Part shown: positions 12,306 to 24,397 of the stretch, one piece after another | Layout of the letters: the number at the start of each line of letters is the position of its first letter | How positions within the stretch are numbered: the first letter of the stretch is position 1 | Assembly (NCBI GenBank): GCA_001662655.1 | Contig: KV460240.1 | Strand: one strand, 5' to 3' | Length of the DNA stretch: 64,000 nt | DNA from: Pseudogymnoascus verrucosus | Taxonomy: Eukaryota | Notes under the pieces: generated by a model | Databases searched by the model: none | What the model saw: the letters and a program-made list of their open reading frames with translations, nothing else | What the model was told of the DNA's origin: nothing | Position numbers and translations under genes: made by a program

Positions 12306-15147
12306 ATGAACTCTGGAGCGAAAACCCGGCCGGCGGGCAAATCTAACCAGTCATCCTCATCCTACCCCACCACAATGTCAGCAAGCAACCCCTCCATTTT
12401 GCTCGACAAACTCAACGGGAGACGATCCACCCCTGACTCTGAGGCTCTGGCCAGCTCGGACGATGAGGGTGACAACCAGCAGCGGCAGGAGAGTACCATG
12501 CCGACAGCACCGCCTCATAAGCCTGTTCGTCGCGCCTCTTGGCTGAATGATACAACCCAGCCTTTGAGCCAGCCTCGCAAGGGTTCTTTCGCAAGCAGCA
12601 CAATGTCACCAACAACCTCACATCCCACCACTCCATCTACCGAGACAGGCGCATGGGGTGCGCATACGTCCACATCATCCGCTACAGCTGCTGGCCGCGT
12701 CCCTCCTGGATCTACATCATTTCCCTGGGGATCTGGGATCTGGAATACTGAAACCAGAAAAGACGCACCCCATAGGTTGTCAGAGGTCCTTCCGTCACCA
12801 ACCAGCCTGACAGGCGGATTCGCCAATAATGGCCTCTTCAACACAGACAGCAGTAATTCTCAGGGCCTCGCTGCATCTCGTGATGCGCCTGCAGAGACAA
12901 CAATACCTTTCGCAATTCCTCTTCATCCAACCCCGAAGACATATCGCTCCCAGTCCTACTCTGTCGGGCAACTCGACTCCGAGAGCAATGTTCCTGGTGC
13001 GGGCATTCTGCCAGGCCCTGGCTTCAACGGCCGTGGCCGCGGAATGCACCATTCAGGGTTACAGCACCGACCATCAAGGCCCAGCATGCTAAGTGAGGTG
13101 TCAGGTGACGGAACTGGGCTTGGAAAGCTTAAGGAAGTTGATGACGACGACCTGGAAGAGTTTGACAACAATATGGCCCATGGTTCGCAGCTACAGGACC
13201 AGGCCAAGGTGCTCGAGGCACTGGCGCGAGAGAATGCAATGCTCCGTAAGCAGAACTATCATAACTCAAGGCTTAGGCCGAGAGCTGCTACCAGCACATC
13301 CCTTGCTCCCTTCCAGCCTGGGTATACATACGGGTTGCAAGATACATTGCCGGAAGAATCCGACTATGCCATCGATGAGATGGATGAGATGGGCGAGCTT
13401 CAAGACATCGGAAATAAATCGATGCTTGCACGCCGACTGAGCGAATATAGCGAGGGTCAACTAGGAAGAGGAGGATATGGCGCAGCTGAGAACCGAAAAC
13501 TTGAGAACGTGAAAAAGGCGATTTGGCAGAGCTCATTGGGGTTTGGCGGATTATCAGACATCTCTCAAAGTCGCAGACACTCGTTTGCTGACGTCCCGAC
13601 CCGCCATGCTTCTGTAGGCTCTGTTGGTGAGCAGATGCCAGGCCGTGAAAATGGCCATCAAGAGCAAATCTTGCCTCAAGATGTGCAGTCACGCTATGCT
13701 GACTCCACTGATTATACGATTAATGATCATGGTAAGCTTGCACCTTCTACAACCGCTCACCCTTTCCTTTCGCCTGGGGCCAATTATTCACGCGGGGCAA
13801 ATACAGCAGTATCATATTTCGGCGGCGCACCCGTCCAAGCAAGAAATACCGAGGCATATGGATTACCGCCCTATCAACAAGCCTCTGCCTATCAACCTTA
13901 CCCTGCTGCCCCAGCCTATGGCAGTGTGCAACCGACCTCTCCTCATCGCAACATCTACAGTGTACCCCAGCCACGACAGAATCAACTTCTCTATATCGTG
14001 CTCTTCAAGTGCTCAAGAGCCGACGTTTTCTACGTCCAGGAAGGAACTGGGCTCTCTGTCAAACCCGGTGACCTTGTGATTGTAGAGGCGGATCGTGGAA
14101 CTGATCTAGGCACGGTAGCCCAAGACAATGTTGACTGGGCCACAGCGAAAGAATTAAAAGAGCATTACGCTGAAGAGCACTACAAGTGGCTGATGATGTA
14201 CTCGCAAGGTGCAGTTGGCACTGCCGATGGAACAGGCGCGGGTTTGATGGCCGCCTCAAATGGACTTCAGGGAAGTGCCGTTGGTGGGATGGGTCCTCCC
14301 ACTCAACATGGAATGCAAGAGCCAAATCCTGGAGAACTAAAGCCAAAAATCATCAAGCGTTTGGCGCAGAACCATGAAATACAGGCTCTCCGGGACAAGG
14401 AAGGAAATGAAGCCAAGGCAAAGAGAGTTTGCATGCAGAAAGTAAAGGAGCACGGCCTCCACATGGAAATCCTTGATGCCGAATTTCAGATGTAAGTCCT
14501 ATGCTAATTCTTCCATCGTTCTTAACTAACAATGCATTAGGGATTGGAAAAAGCTCACTTTCTATTACTTTGCGGATGCTTATATCAACTTCAACTCCCT
14601 GGTTACAGATTTGTTCAAGGTCTACAAGACCAGAATCTGGATGTCTGCCATAAATCCGGCGTCATTTGCTAGCCCAAGCCTGGGACTTCAAGCCCCTAGC
14701 GGAGTCGGCCCAGGTGCAGTTGGCGCGAACAGACAAACCCAGGTGGAGAGAAGACCACAGCAGCCACCCCAGCAAGAGCAGCCCAATTTCAATGCCTTGA
14801 ACCAAGGTGCTCGAGGATACAAGCCCGGGGCTGCTAATGCTTTTCAGCCCACACTTGATAAGCCCAGCGTGTCCCCAACGTCGTTCCAGCAGCCGTTCAC
14901 TTACGGCCATTCAGCATTCACCCCAGCTCCACGTAACGGACCAGGCAACTATGGCCCGAATATGATGCAGCAGATGGAGTCGTTTTCTCAATTCCAAACT
15001 GCAGCAGATTATCACGGCGCGCCTGATCGCTTCCTACCATCCCATACAACTGGTAATGGCCAAGATCCTGGCGATTTTAGCCGACCAGGGGGTGACAACG
15101 AGGGCTGGATGAATTCATTTCAAGGACTGTCGCTCAACAGCCGTTGA
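12306..15147 (+). CDS. PSP1-domain protein (Psp1/YLR177W-like)
   Basis: LYIVLFKCSRADVFY, GDLVIVEADRGTDLG, MEILDAEFQM-DWKKLTFYYFA, YKTRIWM. Intron 14492-14540; possible in-frame intron at 13732-13806/9. Confidence 0.9.
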
Positions 15148-15925
15148 TTGACCAGTTTTATTCGCGTTAGTTCGATATACATTTCCTACTTGCCTCCTCG
15201 TTGGAGGCCACTGCGATTCTTTGCTTTAATACGATACACCATAAAGCCGCAACTCTGACGGTGAGGGTTTCGGGTGTTTCTTTGGTCGCTCATTTCAAGC
15301 ACCTTCTTTACCGGTATACCACACACAGAAATGGGAAGTTGGGGCCGATTAACGACTGATGAAGGGAGATCGCTAGGGAGGTTATAGATAGATTTGCAAT
15401 TGGGGGTGTCGTTTTTTTACCGTAAACAGAGTTGGGTAAACAGAGGCTTTCGTGCTGGGCTCAAAAGGGGTATCTGCATGGAGTTTCAATTGTCTGCCTT
15501 TTTGATAAATTTGGGCAATTTGATGGCGGGATTTGCGTTTAGTGGGTTGACTAGTTACACACTATGATATGAATGGATATTCTAGACTGCTACTCTACTC
15601 TTTTTCCATCGCTGATCTAGGCAAGCCTTGGCACAGGTGCTCTTCACAGTGAGAATTTGCTTCCCAATTGCCTGTAGTTTCTTGGGGCAATTGGTATTGG
15701 ACGTGTATTCACGATGTCAACGCAGAAGCAAACGTATATGTCACCCAGAAGTCACAAATTAAATCATAAATCGTGATATATAGTTCACACAATCAATATA
15801 AATTGATGAGGCCTTTAGTATTGGTGTAGGCACCCTACACGACTGCTAAGATGCAATATAAACCACACGCAAAGCTAACCATCGCGCAAAACATCCTCGA
15901 AATCTCCTTCCTAATGACTCCCAGA

Positions 15926-16739
15926 CTATCTGTAGCGCTGGAGGTTGAGGGTGTTGTGGCGCTTCCAGGTCTTGCGGCGACCGGCGGTGGTGTGGTTGAA
16001 GCCGTGACCCTTTCCGAGACCACGGGACTTCTTGCCGGTGGCGGTGAGGCCACGCGACTCGCGGTGCTTGTGGACGGGGGCGACGATCCAGTTGATGCGG
16101 GGATCGCGGCGGATGGCCTTGTGTTGGGGGTCGACGAGGATGACCTCGAAGTACTTGTAGGTGGAGTCCTGGTTGATCCAGTACGAGTTCAGGACGCGCA
16201 AGTTAGCACAGCGGCGGCCGACACGCTCCTCAGCGGTCGACTTGAGGGAGCGCTGGTACTTCAGCTGGTTAACTCCCTGGTTGGTGGGCTTGCCTAAAAA
16301 GAGAAAATTCGTTAGTTCGAAGTCGTGAAAATAAATTCTTCGGTTGGGAGGCCATACCGAAAGTGGCACCCTTGGAAACTGGCTTCTTGCGTCCACCACG
16401 GCGAACACGGACGCGGTAGATGACATAGCCCTGCTTGGCCTTGTAACCCAGACGGCGGGCCTTGTCTGGTCGCGATGGGCGGGATGCGCGGTGAATGACA
16501 TTCAGTTGGCGAAGCTATATTATGCACTCTCAGCAATGTTCAACGAGTGTATAGCAGAGACATCGAAATGTCCACAGTATGAATTTTGAGACCTCGAAAA
16601 CCCTATGGCAATGCCGAAGTGATCGAGGTCGTCGGACGAGGTATTATCTTACCTCCCAGCAGCGGACACGGAGAAGGAAGCGCAGCACATCAGACTGCTT
16701 CTTCTTCTGAAGTTCTTCGACGTACTTGAGGGCACCCAT
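15926..16739 (-). CDS. RPL15: 60S ribosomal protein L15 (eL15)
   Basis: [44 protein letters not shown]. Exons 16739-16653, 16514-16358, 16293-15926; 5'UTR intron 16800-16740. Confidence 0.97.
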
Positions 16740-17325
16740 CTAATTGCCTCAGAGTCAGCTGTGTGTTCTAGTATCAATTCTTCTGGGTTGGTGAGCTCAC
16801 TTTCGATTGTGATGGGGTTGGCGATGGTCGTCAGTTGTCGTGTGGAATCTCGGAATGAAATTTCAATATTGCAGGGACGAAATGTGCGTCGCTTCGCGGC
16901 ACCAAAAATTTAGGGCACCGCTAGCGCAACGCTAGCGCAGCCGCGCGACTATAATCACGGATTAACCCCTGCATTTACAAGAATTAGTCAAGCCAGCTTC
17001 GACGGAGACCTACGAAGGTCTCGTCTTGTTATACTTGCATTATTTATTTATTTATAATAACCCTGTGGTAACTGTGCCACGGCGACCGGCAGCAGATGGA
17101 GTTATTTTATTGTTTGGATTCCCCAATGTTGGCTTTTAACTGGGCAATTGACTCCTCGTGCCCCTTCACTGATCACGAAGAGAGAATATATGGGGAAGCT
17201 CTTTAGCTATTGTATATCGTAAAAGCTACAAAATCTGCAATACCCCACTCAGTTCGGTCGTTATAATGGCAGTGGCTCCTCCGTGTTTGTAAAGCTAATC
17301 CCCTCCTGATACCACATGGCATCGA

Positions 17326-18386
17326 TTAATCACGAAGAAATGCTGAAGCAAGTTTCCCGACTGCCTTTCCTTGTTTCGCCGCAACATGTGCCCATGTCAC
17401 CCTTCCCTCATCATCCGTTGCATCGTCAAATAGTGCACCGGAAGCCTCATCGTCGCCGCTTTGGACGTCTTGCATCCGGAGACCGGTCAACAGAGTGGCG
17501 GCCCTGGCTTCTCCTTCACGCTTTCCACCTTCCAGTATGCCTTCCAGACTCAAAACATTCTGTTCACACTCCTGTTCCTTAGCCTGAGTTGACAACATGT
17601 GTGAGCCAAGCTCCAGGCCCAAATGATCGACCGCAGCAAGAAGCTGATGGCCATTTTCCGTGATTGACGTGCATGCATCCTTCAGAGAGATCAGACGACC
17701 ATGGCGAGTTGCCCCTATACAGAGGATGTCACTCAGAACCATCTGGTGTGATTCAACGAAAAAATCGGAAAATTGGGCCTCCAAGCTCAAACTAAAAGAC
17801 AGTCAACTTAGAAACGAAACATTTAGGATATCAACACGTACGATTGGTGAGCCATTGCCCCAAGATTTCCCGTAATTTCAGCTTGGCCATCCACTATGTG
17901 CTTGATGTCGTCCAAATACCTGGCACCTTTCTTCATCCCTTTACCCTTCTTGCTTGTCTTCGAAGCCTCAGTGAACCGTCTGGAATAGGGTCAGCGCAAA
18001 TCTTCACCTATCCAACTAATACTTAGGAAATCACGTACTGGTTATCTGTCCTGCCTCCTTCACCGTATTGGGACGCAAATTTGACTTGGTTAAGCTTCAA
18101 GGATTTATCTTTCTTGGTTTCGCGATCCCGTTGTGCATGGGGTTGCTTCACAAAGAGCCCTTCTGTGTCGCGCTCAATCTCAACATCTTCATAACTGTCG
18201 TCCTCCAGAGTATTCAAATTTGTGGAGTATGTGCCCATCTGCCGCTTGGCTGCCCTGTGTTTTCCATGTCCGTCAATGTCTATGTGGTATCAGCTCTTGG
18301 TCTGCCAGTCGCAGGGTTATCTCCTTTCAGACAGTTTTGATCCGAAGTTGAAGATACATACCTTCCGACTTTCGTCTTCTGCTCAT
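17326..18386 (-). CDS. Hypothetical multi-exon protein, no recognised family
   Basis: ORF 18238-18023 and ORF 17790-17326 join through two GTACGT..YAG introns and a middle exon (RFTEASK..MAHQS) in frame. First exon MSRRRKSE (ATG 18386) is tentative. Confidence 0.6.
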
Positions 18387-19202
18387 TTTCCCTGTCCTAA
18401 TTGGGAATATGACTGGCTAGCAATAAGATTTCGGTCCGTGGGCAGTTCAGACAATTGCGGGTGGCTCGCTGAAGGATAGTATTAAAATTAAAACAACAGA
18501 AGTTGGGTTTGGGGTGCCAAAGCCTTGGGCAAACTTGATCCCCTTGATCCAACCTATATAGTATCTTGGGATATACCGTAATTGTGCCTTATGTTTATTT
18601 GCGACCAATCCCATTCTCCCCGTTGAAAAGCAGTGGTGGTTGTAATTAATGAATGGGAGGGATTACACGTTGACAAAAATGAAGGCACAATTAGGCGAAT
18701 GGAGGCCAGCCAAACTTACAACATACAGACAGCATTGCAGTCCCAATCTCGGAACCACGGAGTAGTCTGACAACAAGAAACCATAAATAATGACGGATAT
18801 TTCATGACATTATAGAATAAAACATGGAAATGAAAAGGTGATGCACAAACGCTGAAGTAATACTTGAATCTCTCCTTCTCTATGTCTGGATTGGCAACGG
18901 AAATGTTGTTTAGTCTTTATAGAACATTGAAAGGAGGAAATCAACTCAAATGGGCATATCGGGGCATGTTCTCGAAGCAGAAATGATGAATTAATAGGCA
19001 TTCACTCGTAGCTAAAAGGCATTCAATGGATGAAGCTCATTGTGCTATCTGACGGCTGTGAAGTGTCAACTTCCTGCTCCGACCTATTCATGTCCCCGGC
19101 GATTTCTATCACTCGACCAAACGCGCTACTGTTCAGCCCAACCTTTTTGAATGAAAACATATGGAGCCGTACCCGATGCAAAGAGCAGAGGTAAGCGCAT
19201 AT

Positions 19203-19847
19203 TTAAGATGCTGGGGCAGCACCGCCGCGTCCACGTCCGAAACCACCACGGCTATAAATATGTAAGTCAAGTTATCTCTTAACCAAGGACTTGAATAACT
19301 TACAACGAAGGAGCGAACTCTCCTGGGGCACCACCCTCCTTGCCCTCTCCGGCATCACGGCGGCGGTAACCACCCTCGCGATCGCCGCCCTCACGGCCAC
19401 CACGACCACCACGTCCTCCAAATGGCTTGCGCTCTGGGCGGTCACCCTCACCCCCCATCATTCCGCGGGGAGGTGCGTGCGAGCGCTGCTGCTTGATGTG
19501 GGTAGCAGGAACGATCTCAGCTGGGAGATGGAGCCACTCGCGGAGGTAGTCCAGACCCTCGGGGGTCAGGGTGTAGTAGTAGTATTGCCACGAGAACTGG
19601 GTCTTGACATATCCGCGGGAGGTGAGGGACTGGCAAGCCTTGACGACGTACAAGTTCTTTGTGTCGATGTCGTTGTGCTTTGGCAAGTTGTAGTCCTTCT
19701 TGGCGACGAGGACACCCTCACGGAAGAGGTACTCGTGGATCTTCTTGCGGTCGGCCTTGGGGATGAGCCTGCCAGGAAAGTTGCGTTAGTATTGCCATTG
19801 CACACAATCTCTCTCGATATGCCTCAGTATAGCAGGTGTACATACAT
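19203..19847 (-). CDS. RPS10: 40S ribosomal protein S10 (eS10)
   Basis: [53 protein letters not shown]. Exons 19847-19846, 19768-19304, 19251-19203. Confidence 0.97.
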
Positions 19848-20203
19848 TTTGGCGGTTTTGAGTCGTTGACGAAGGAGGCTGGTGGTTGAAGCTCGACTTG
19901 GACCAAGCAATACGGAAAGTTCGCGATTGGGGTTTGGAGCCCTGACAGTAAATTTCTCGCTTACTATTTTCGCTTAGATAGCGCCTATCGTGAGAACCCC
20001 CATGCGGGCATAAATGCGCTAGCTGGTGCATGTGGCTAGTGGCTTTCTTGTGTACGGAGTACGAAGTACCTTGTCGGTCCTTATCGCCATAGAGCCGCTC
20101 AGCCTCAAGGTAAATCGCGAGACGGGGCTTTGATGGGCATAACAAACTCAGAAGTATAAATACAACACCACACACACAACCGCACTGGACGACCTTCTAC
20201 ACC

Positions 20204-21250
20204 ATGGCTCCAACTACTATCAACGTACTCCTTACCTCATTTCCAGGCCTCAACCTCCCTAAAACTCTTGTCCTCCCGATTCCGTCAACTGCATCAGTGG
20301 CCGAGCTTTGCTACCAGCTTGCTGAACGCATCCCTCCTTTCAATGACCGACTTATTCTCACCACCGCCTCAAACAAGCAGCTTGAACTGAATTCCTGCGA
20401 ACAAATATCAAGTCTCGTTTCCTCCGATAGCGATGCATTCCTATCGTTACGCCTTTCCGCGCGTCTCTGTGGTGGCAAGGGTGGCTTTGGTTCCCAGCTT
20501 CGCGCAGCTGGCGGGCGCATGTCATCGAAGAAGAAGAGAAACCAGGGTGAAAATAACGGGTCAAGTCGCAACTTGGATGGCCGAAGGCTTCGGACGGTTA
20601 CAGAGGCGAAGGCTCTAGCGGAGTATTTGGCGATAAAACCGGATATGGAGAAGAAGGAGAAAGAACAACGCCGCAAACGCTGGGAGCAAGTGGTGGAACT
20701 TGCGGAGAAGAGGGAGGAAGAAATTAAATCTGGATCCAAGGGGAAGCTTGACGGCAAGTGGGTGGAGGACAAGGAAGAGGCTGGAGAACGAACGAGAGAG
20801 GCAGTTCAGGCGGCCATAAGATCAGGCGACTACAGAGACAACCTCTCGAGCCGTCCTAAGTTGACAGCCAGCGGATCATCTTCTGACGACAATATGGAGA
20901 GTGGAAGTTCGTTGGCGACTGACGTTGATTCAAAGATGTCTACACCACCATCAGGGTCAGATCAACGTAAACAGTTTTCAGGGTCGTTTTTTGGATTTGA
21001 CGAGGATGATGACTTTATGAGCGACGATGAAAGTGAAGATATGGAAAAGGAGGACGGGGAAGAAGTGGCAAATGATGACGAGATGGAGCTGAGTCCCGAG
21101 GAGCCACCGAACGGCGAGGAGGCGGACCTGGTCCCTGAGGTTCCAACCTCAATCCCAAAATCAAAGAAAGGGAAAGGCAAGGCGAAGTCAAAGCCAGACA
21201 CGACAGAAACTGTGACGAAAACAAGAAGCAGTGCGAGGCGGAAGGCTTAA
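20204..21250 (+). CDS. SDE2: Sde2 ubiquitin-fold-activated splicing/telomere-silencing factor
   Basis: [20 protein letters not shown] cleavage motif and [11 protein letters not shown]. Confidence 0.93.
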   Translation: MAPTTINVLLTSFPGLNLPKTLVLPIPSTASVAELCYQLAERIPPFNDRLILTTASNKQLELNSCEQISSLVSSDSDAFLSLRLSARLCGGKGGFGSQLRAAGGRMSSKKKRNQGENNGSSRNLDGRRLRTVTEAKALAEYLAIKPDMEKKEKEQRRKRWEQVVELAEKREEEIKSGSKGKLDGKWVEDKEEAGERTREAVQAAIRSGDYRDNLSSRPKLTASGSSSDDNMESGSSLATDVDSKMSTPPSGSDQRKQFSGSFFGFDEDDDFMSDDESEDMEKEDGEEVANDDEMELSPEEPPNGEEADLVPEVPTSIPKSKKGKGKAKSKPDTTETVTKTRSSARRKA

Positions 21251-21884
21251 TGTGTTTACGAGTATGTTTGCAAGTCATGCGGAAGTGGAGTTAGGCGGTG
21301 TATAAATAGGTTAGCAATGCCAGCTTTTAAGCTCAACCTACGTTCCGTCAATTGCGCGGAGATGTATTCTGTGCCAGGAAATATTTATTCCCTGTGATTC
21401 TTCCATCCACACCAGACGTAATAATAGCCTATGGCGGAAGCCACGGGGAAGGCCGTTGCCAACAAGATAGTCAGGCTTCCTGTTACCTGGAAGCCATGCC
21501 ATGAACATCAACAGGAATCTGGGATTAAGGTCGCACTTGGGTTTGCGAACTATAAATTTAATGCAACAGAGTGCTCGTCGCCTCTACCGCCTAACCAAAC
21601 TGGGCTCCGGAAGCATACCAAGGTAATATACGTAGATACATATATGGGACACTTCTCCGGGCGCTGTGATAGAACAAGAACTGCGTTTGATATCCAGATT
21701 TGGGCTCATAACATTTATATCGCACATATAGTTATAGCAAACATATCAATGAAGCAGCCGGTGATAATAACAGGCGTAGCCAATGAATTTGTTCTACCGA
21801 CTTCTACTCTACAATGTCCATCCTTCGTTTCCTGCTTCAAGGCCAACCAACATCATGACCTCCGCCAAACCCGTTCATGATGCA

Positions 21885-22407
21885 CTAATCCAAACGGGCT
21901 GGGAAGGTGTTGTTTTCTAATATATATTGTCAGCTACAATCCATCGACACTTGTTGAGGGCTCCATACCGCGCTGATCGTCCCAGCGTTCAACCCAGGCA
22001 CTTGGGCACAATGATCGGTATGCCAAAAAGAACTATGCTGTCAGCAAAAGTCGCCCTGCGGTCTCTCCGAGAGGAATTGGCATACCTGGCGGCAAGGAGC
22101 GAAGTCCTCTCCCTTGGCAATGATGCACTTGTGGTAGTCGACATAGTTTTGCCAGCAATGTTTCGTTTGGTTCTGGTTTGGGAAGCGCGCATCGAACCCT
22201 GTCAGAGAGGTGAGTTCAAGCCCAGGCATCACTCGTGCCAATTGAGGCAACCTGAGTAGAGGAAGGCATACCAGCTATACATATCAATCAGCATGCGCTT
22301 CCAATTCAAGGAACACCTCATCAAGCGGGTGTCCGCGGAAAAACTTGGAGCGCGAACTTACCAGTCACAAACTTGAAGGGCTTGGTCTCTCTGTCGTCGT
22401 CAGACAT
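21885..22407 (-). CDS. COX12: Cytochrome c oxidase subunit VIb
   Basis: [36 protein letters not shown]. Exons 22407-22362, 22274-22272, 22198-22086, 22032-21969, 21916-21885. Confidence 0.95.
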
Positions 22408-22649
22408 ATTTGCGAAGTCCGTATGGAATGATAGTTAAGTGATGAGGTAGTGCCTGCAAGTCAATTGCTGAATTCTGTTTTAGCAAGTCGCCGAGGACTG
22501 GAGTACGTCGGCACCTTCAGACGAGCTCGGCTAGCCGATTATGTTAGCGCGTAAATGGAGCTTCCGATATCTCGCTCAGACCACAGCATTACCAACTTCC
22601 AGAACAACATCACGAAGAACAGGAATTGCAACTGGCTACCACAGTAACG

Positions 22650-23124
22650 ATGCGGTCGTCTACCCCTCTCAACATGTTCCAGCCGACCAGGCGAATGATG
22701 GTTCCTGTCCCTGTATGGCTCACCACACCACCCTCAATTGCTACTTCTAGGTGCACATGCTAACTGACTCCGAACAGAAGGAAGACCAAAGCGGTAAGGC
22801 AATCCGATAGACTCTAGACATGCAACTATATCTATTGTCCTCCCGATCTCGATGCCACGTTCTTGAAATATTGTAGAGGCTGATTCTAGATATCACAGCA
22901 CATACCATCTCCCAGCGTCTCCGCCAGTGGAGAAGAGTTCCTCCGGAGTTGGTCCCATTGGGTACGTTACGAATCATCCGAAATGCCAAAAGCTCAATAA
23001 CTAAGTACTATAACCTGCAGGAATCGTCGTGGGCATTGCTGTGGCCTTCGGTGCCTATTCGTTGGGCACCAAGTTGATGGACAAGCAAATGCGTCTGTCC
23101 CGCCAAAACAGGGGCCACGATTAG
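22650..23124 (+). CDS. MLRQ/B12D-family (NDUFA4/COXFA4-like) small mitochondrial membrane protein, 81 aa; absent from the ORF track
   Basis: Exons 22650-22712, 22778-22793, 22899-22961, 23021-23124 total 246 nt and give MRSSTPLNMFQPTRRMMVPVPKEDQSAHTISQRLRQWRRVPPELVPLGIVVGIAVAFGAYSLGTKLMDKQMRLSRQNRGHD. Confidence 0.85.
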
Positions 23125-23494
23125 ATCCCAGAACTGGAAAGGGTGGAATGGGGGACTAGAGATGGGCTTGTGAATCGAGGAGAGAAACCAATGTTGATAC
23201 AATGTTAAAATGACGTGATCAGAAAGGTGGCGTCCCAATGTCAAACCTCTAGGGACTTTGTATATCAAATGGCATTTATTTCTAGTATGCCTGCGCAAGC
23301 AGTGATTGCTACCAGAACTTCATGAATTGAGACCCCCTCTTATTGAAAGACAAGGCCTTGTCTGCAATTACGCCCACGCAGACCGTCGATCAGAAAACCA
23401 TTGCAAGCCCTCTATTAACGCCGTTTTATGCCATCCCCTCCACGACATGCTGTACCACTTCCAAATTACTCGTCCTTTCCACTGCCGTCACAAA

Positions 23495-24024
23495 TCATCT
23501 AGCTTTAGGCCCCGCAACGTCCAATCCTTCAAGTCCCTGCATGGGATCGTCTGGCCTTTCTTCCGTGCCACGTCCATGGTCTGTTGTGAGCTTGTCCTCT
23601 TCGTCGACTGCATTCTCTGCCAGCCATCCTTCCTTTGTGCCCAGCCAAGTCAGTAAAAAACACCACATATATGCAACAAGGAGAGTGTATTAAGGATATT
23701 TACCTGTTCCCACACGGCAGTCTTGCTCCCTAGGCCTTCATTTGCATTCTTTTGAGGCTTAGCTGCCGAGACTTTAATGACTCGCCCAAATAGCTCGGCC
23801 TGGTCCATATTATCGATAGCTTCCAGTGCATCTGAAGGATCCTCAAATTCTACATAACCAAACCCCCGGTGAAGGTCTGTTGATAAAGGAGCTTCTGGCT
23901 TTGGAAGTGAAACATCGACTATCTCTCCGAATGGGATGAAGGCTGCATGAAGGTTCGCAGCGTCTACTACTGGCGCAAGACCACCAACGTAAACCGTTCC
24001 CTTCAACCGTGCTTGCTCCGTCAT
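23495..24024 (-). CDS. RRM protein similar to the cyclophilin E (Cyp33) RRM, without a PPIase domain
   Basis: TVYVGGL..FIPFGEIVDV..HRGFGYVEF..AIDNMDQAELFGRVIKV. Intron 23703-23633; tail EGWLAENAV..GPKAR*. Confidence 0.88.
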
Positions 24025-24397
24025 TTCGAAGGTAGACCGTCTTCGTACAGGTTATATGTGCTTTTGTGTGATTTGGGTGGTGGAAGTGAAGTGAACTGAT
24101 AAAACGTTCAGCCTCTGAAAGAAGAGTCACGTGAATTTAACCTCCAAGTCACCGGTATCCATAACCCTTGTATCTTGGCAACCCGAACGTGTCTTTAATT
24201 CCACAGTGGCATCCAGGCTCTCATCACCTCTTAACATAGCTGATCCAATCTTTACTGGTGACAGCTTCACGCCTCCAGCCTTCTTCTAACCACTTCAATC
24301 GATATCCACGCGACCGAAATTTGTTCGTCCTCTGCCACCATCGTCACCGATCCACGCAACCACCTAACTCGGCGACCAAAACACCTCGGACGGCGCT

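Noticed and set aside
15851..16297. Long antisense ORFs over RPL15, RPS10, RPB3, RFC1, SEC31 and CRM1
   Set aside because: Shadow ORFs caused by codon bias of the sense genes; no independent signals.
16515..16652. snoRNA in the long RPL15 intron
   Set aside because: No box C (RTGATGA) or clear H/ACA layout seen.
21431..21880. 149-aa ORF between SDE2 and COX12
   Set aside because: Antisense to the COX12 3'UTR region, with no domain or coding-like composition.
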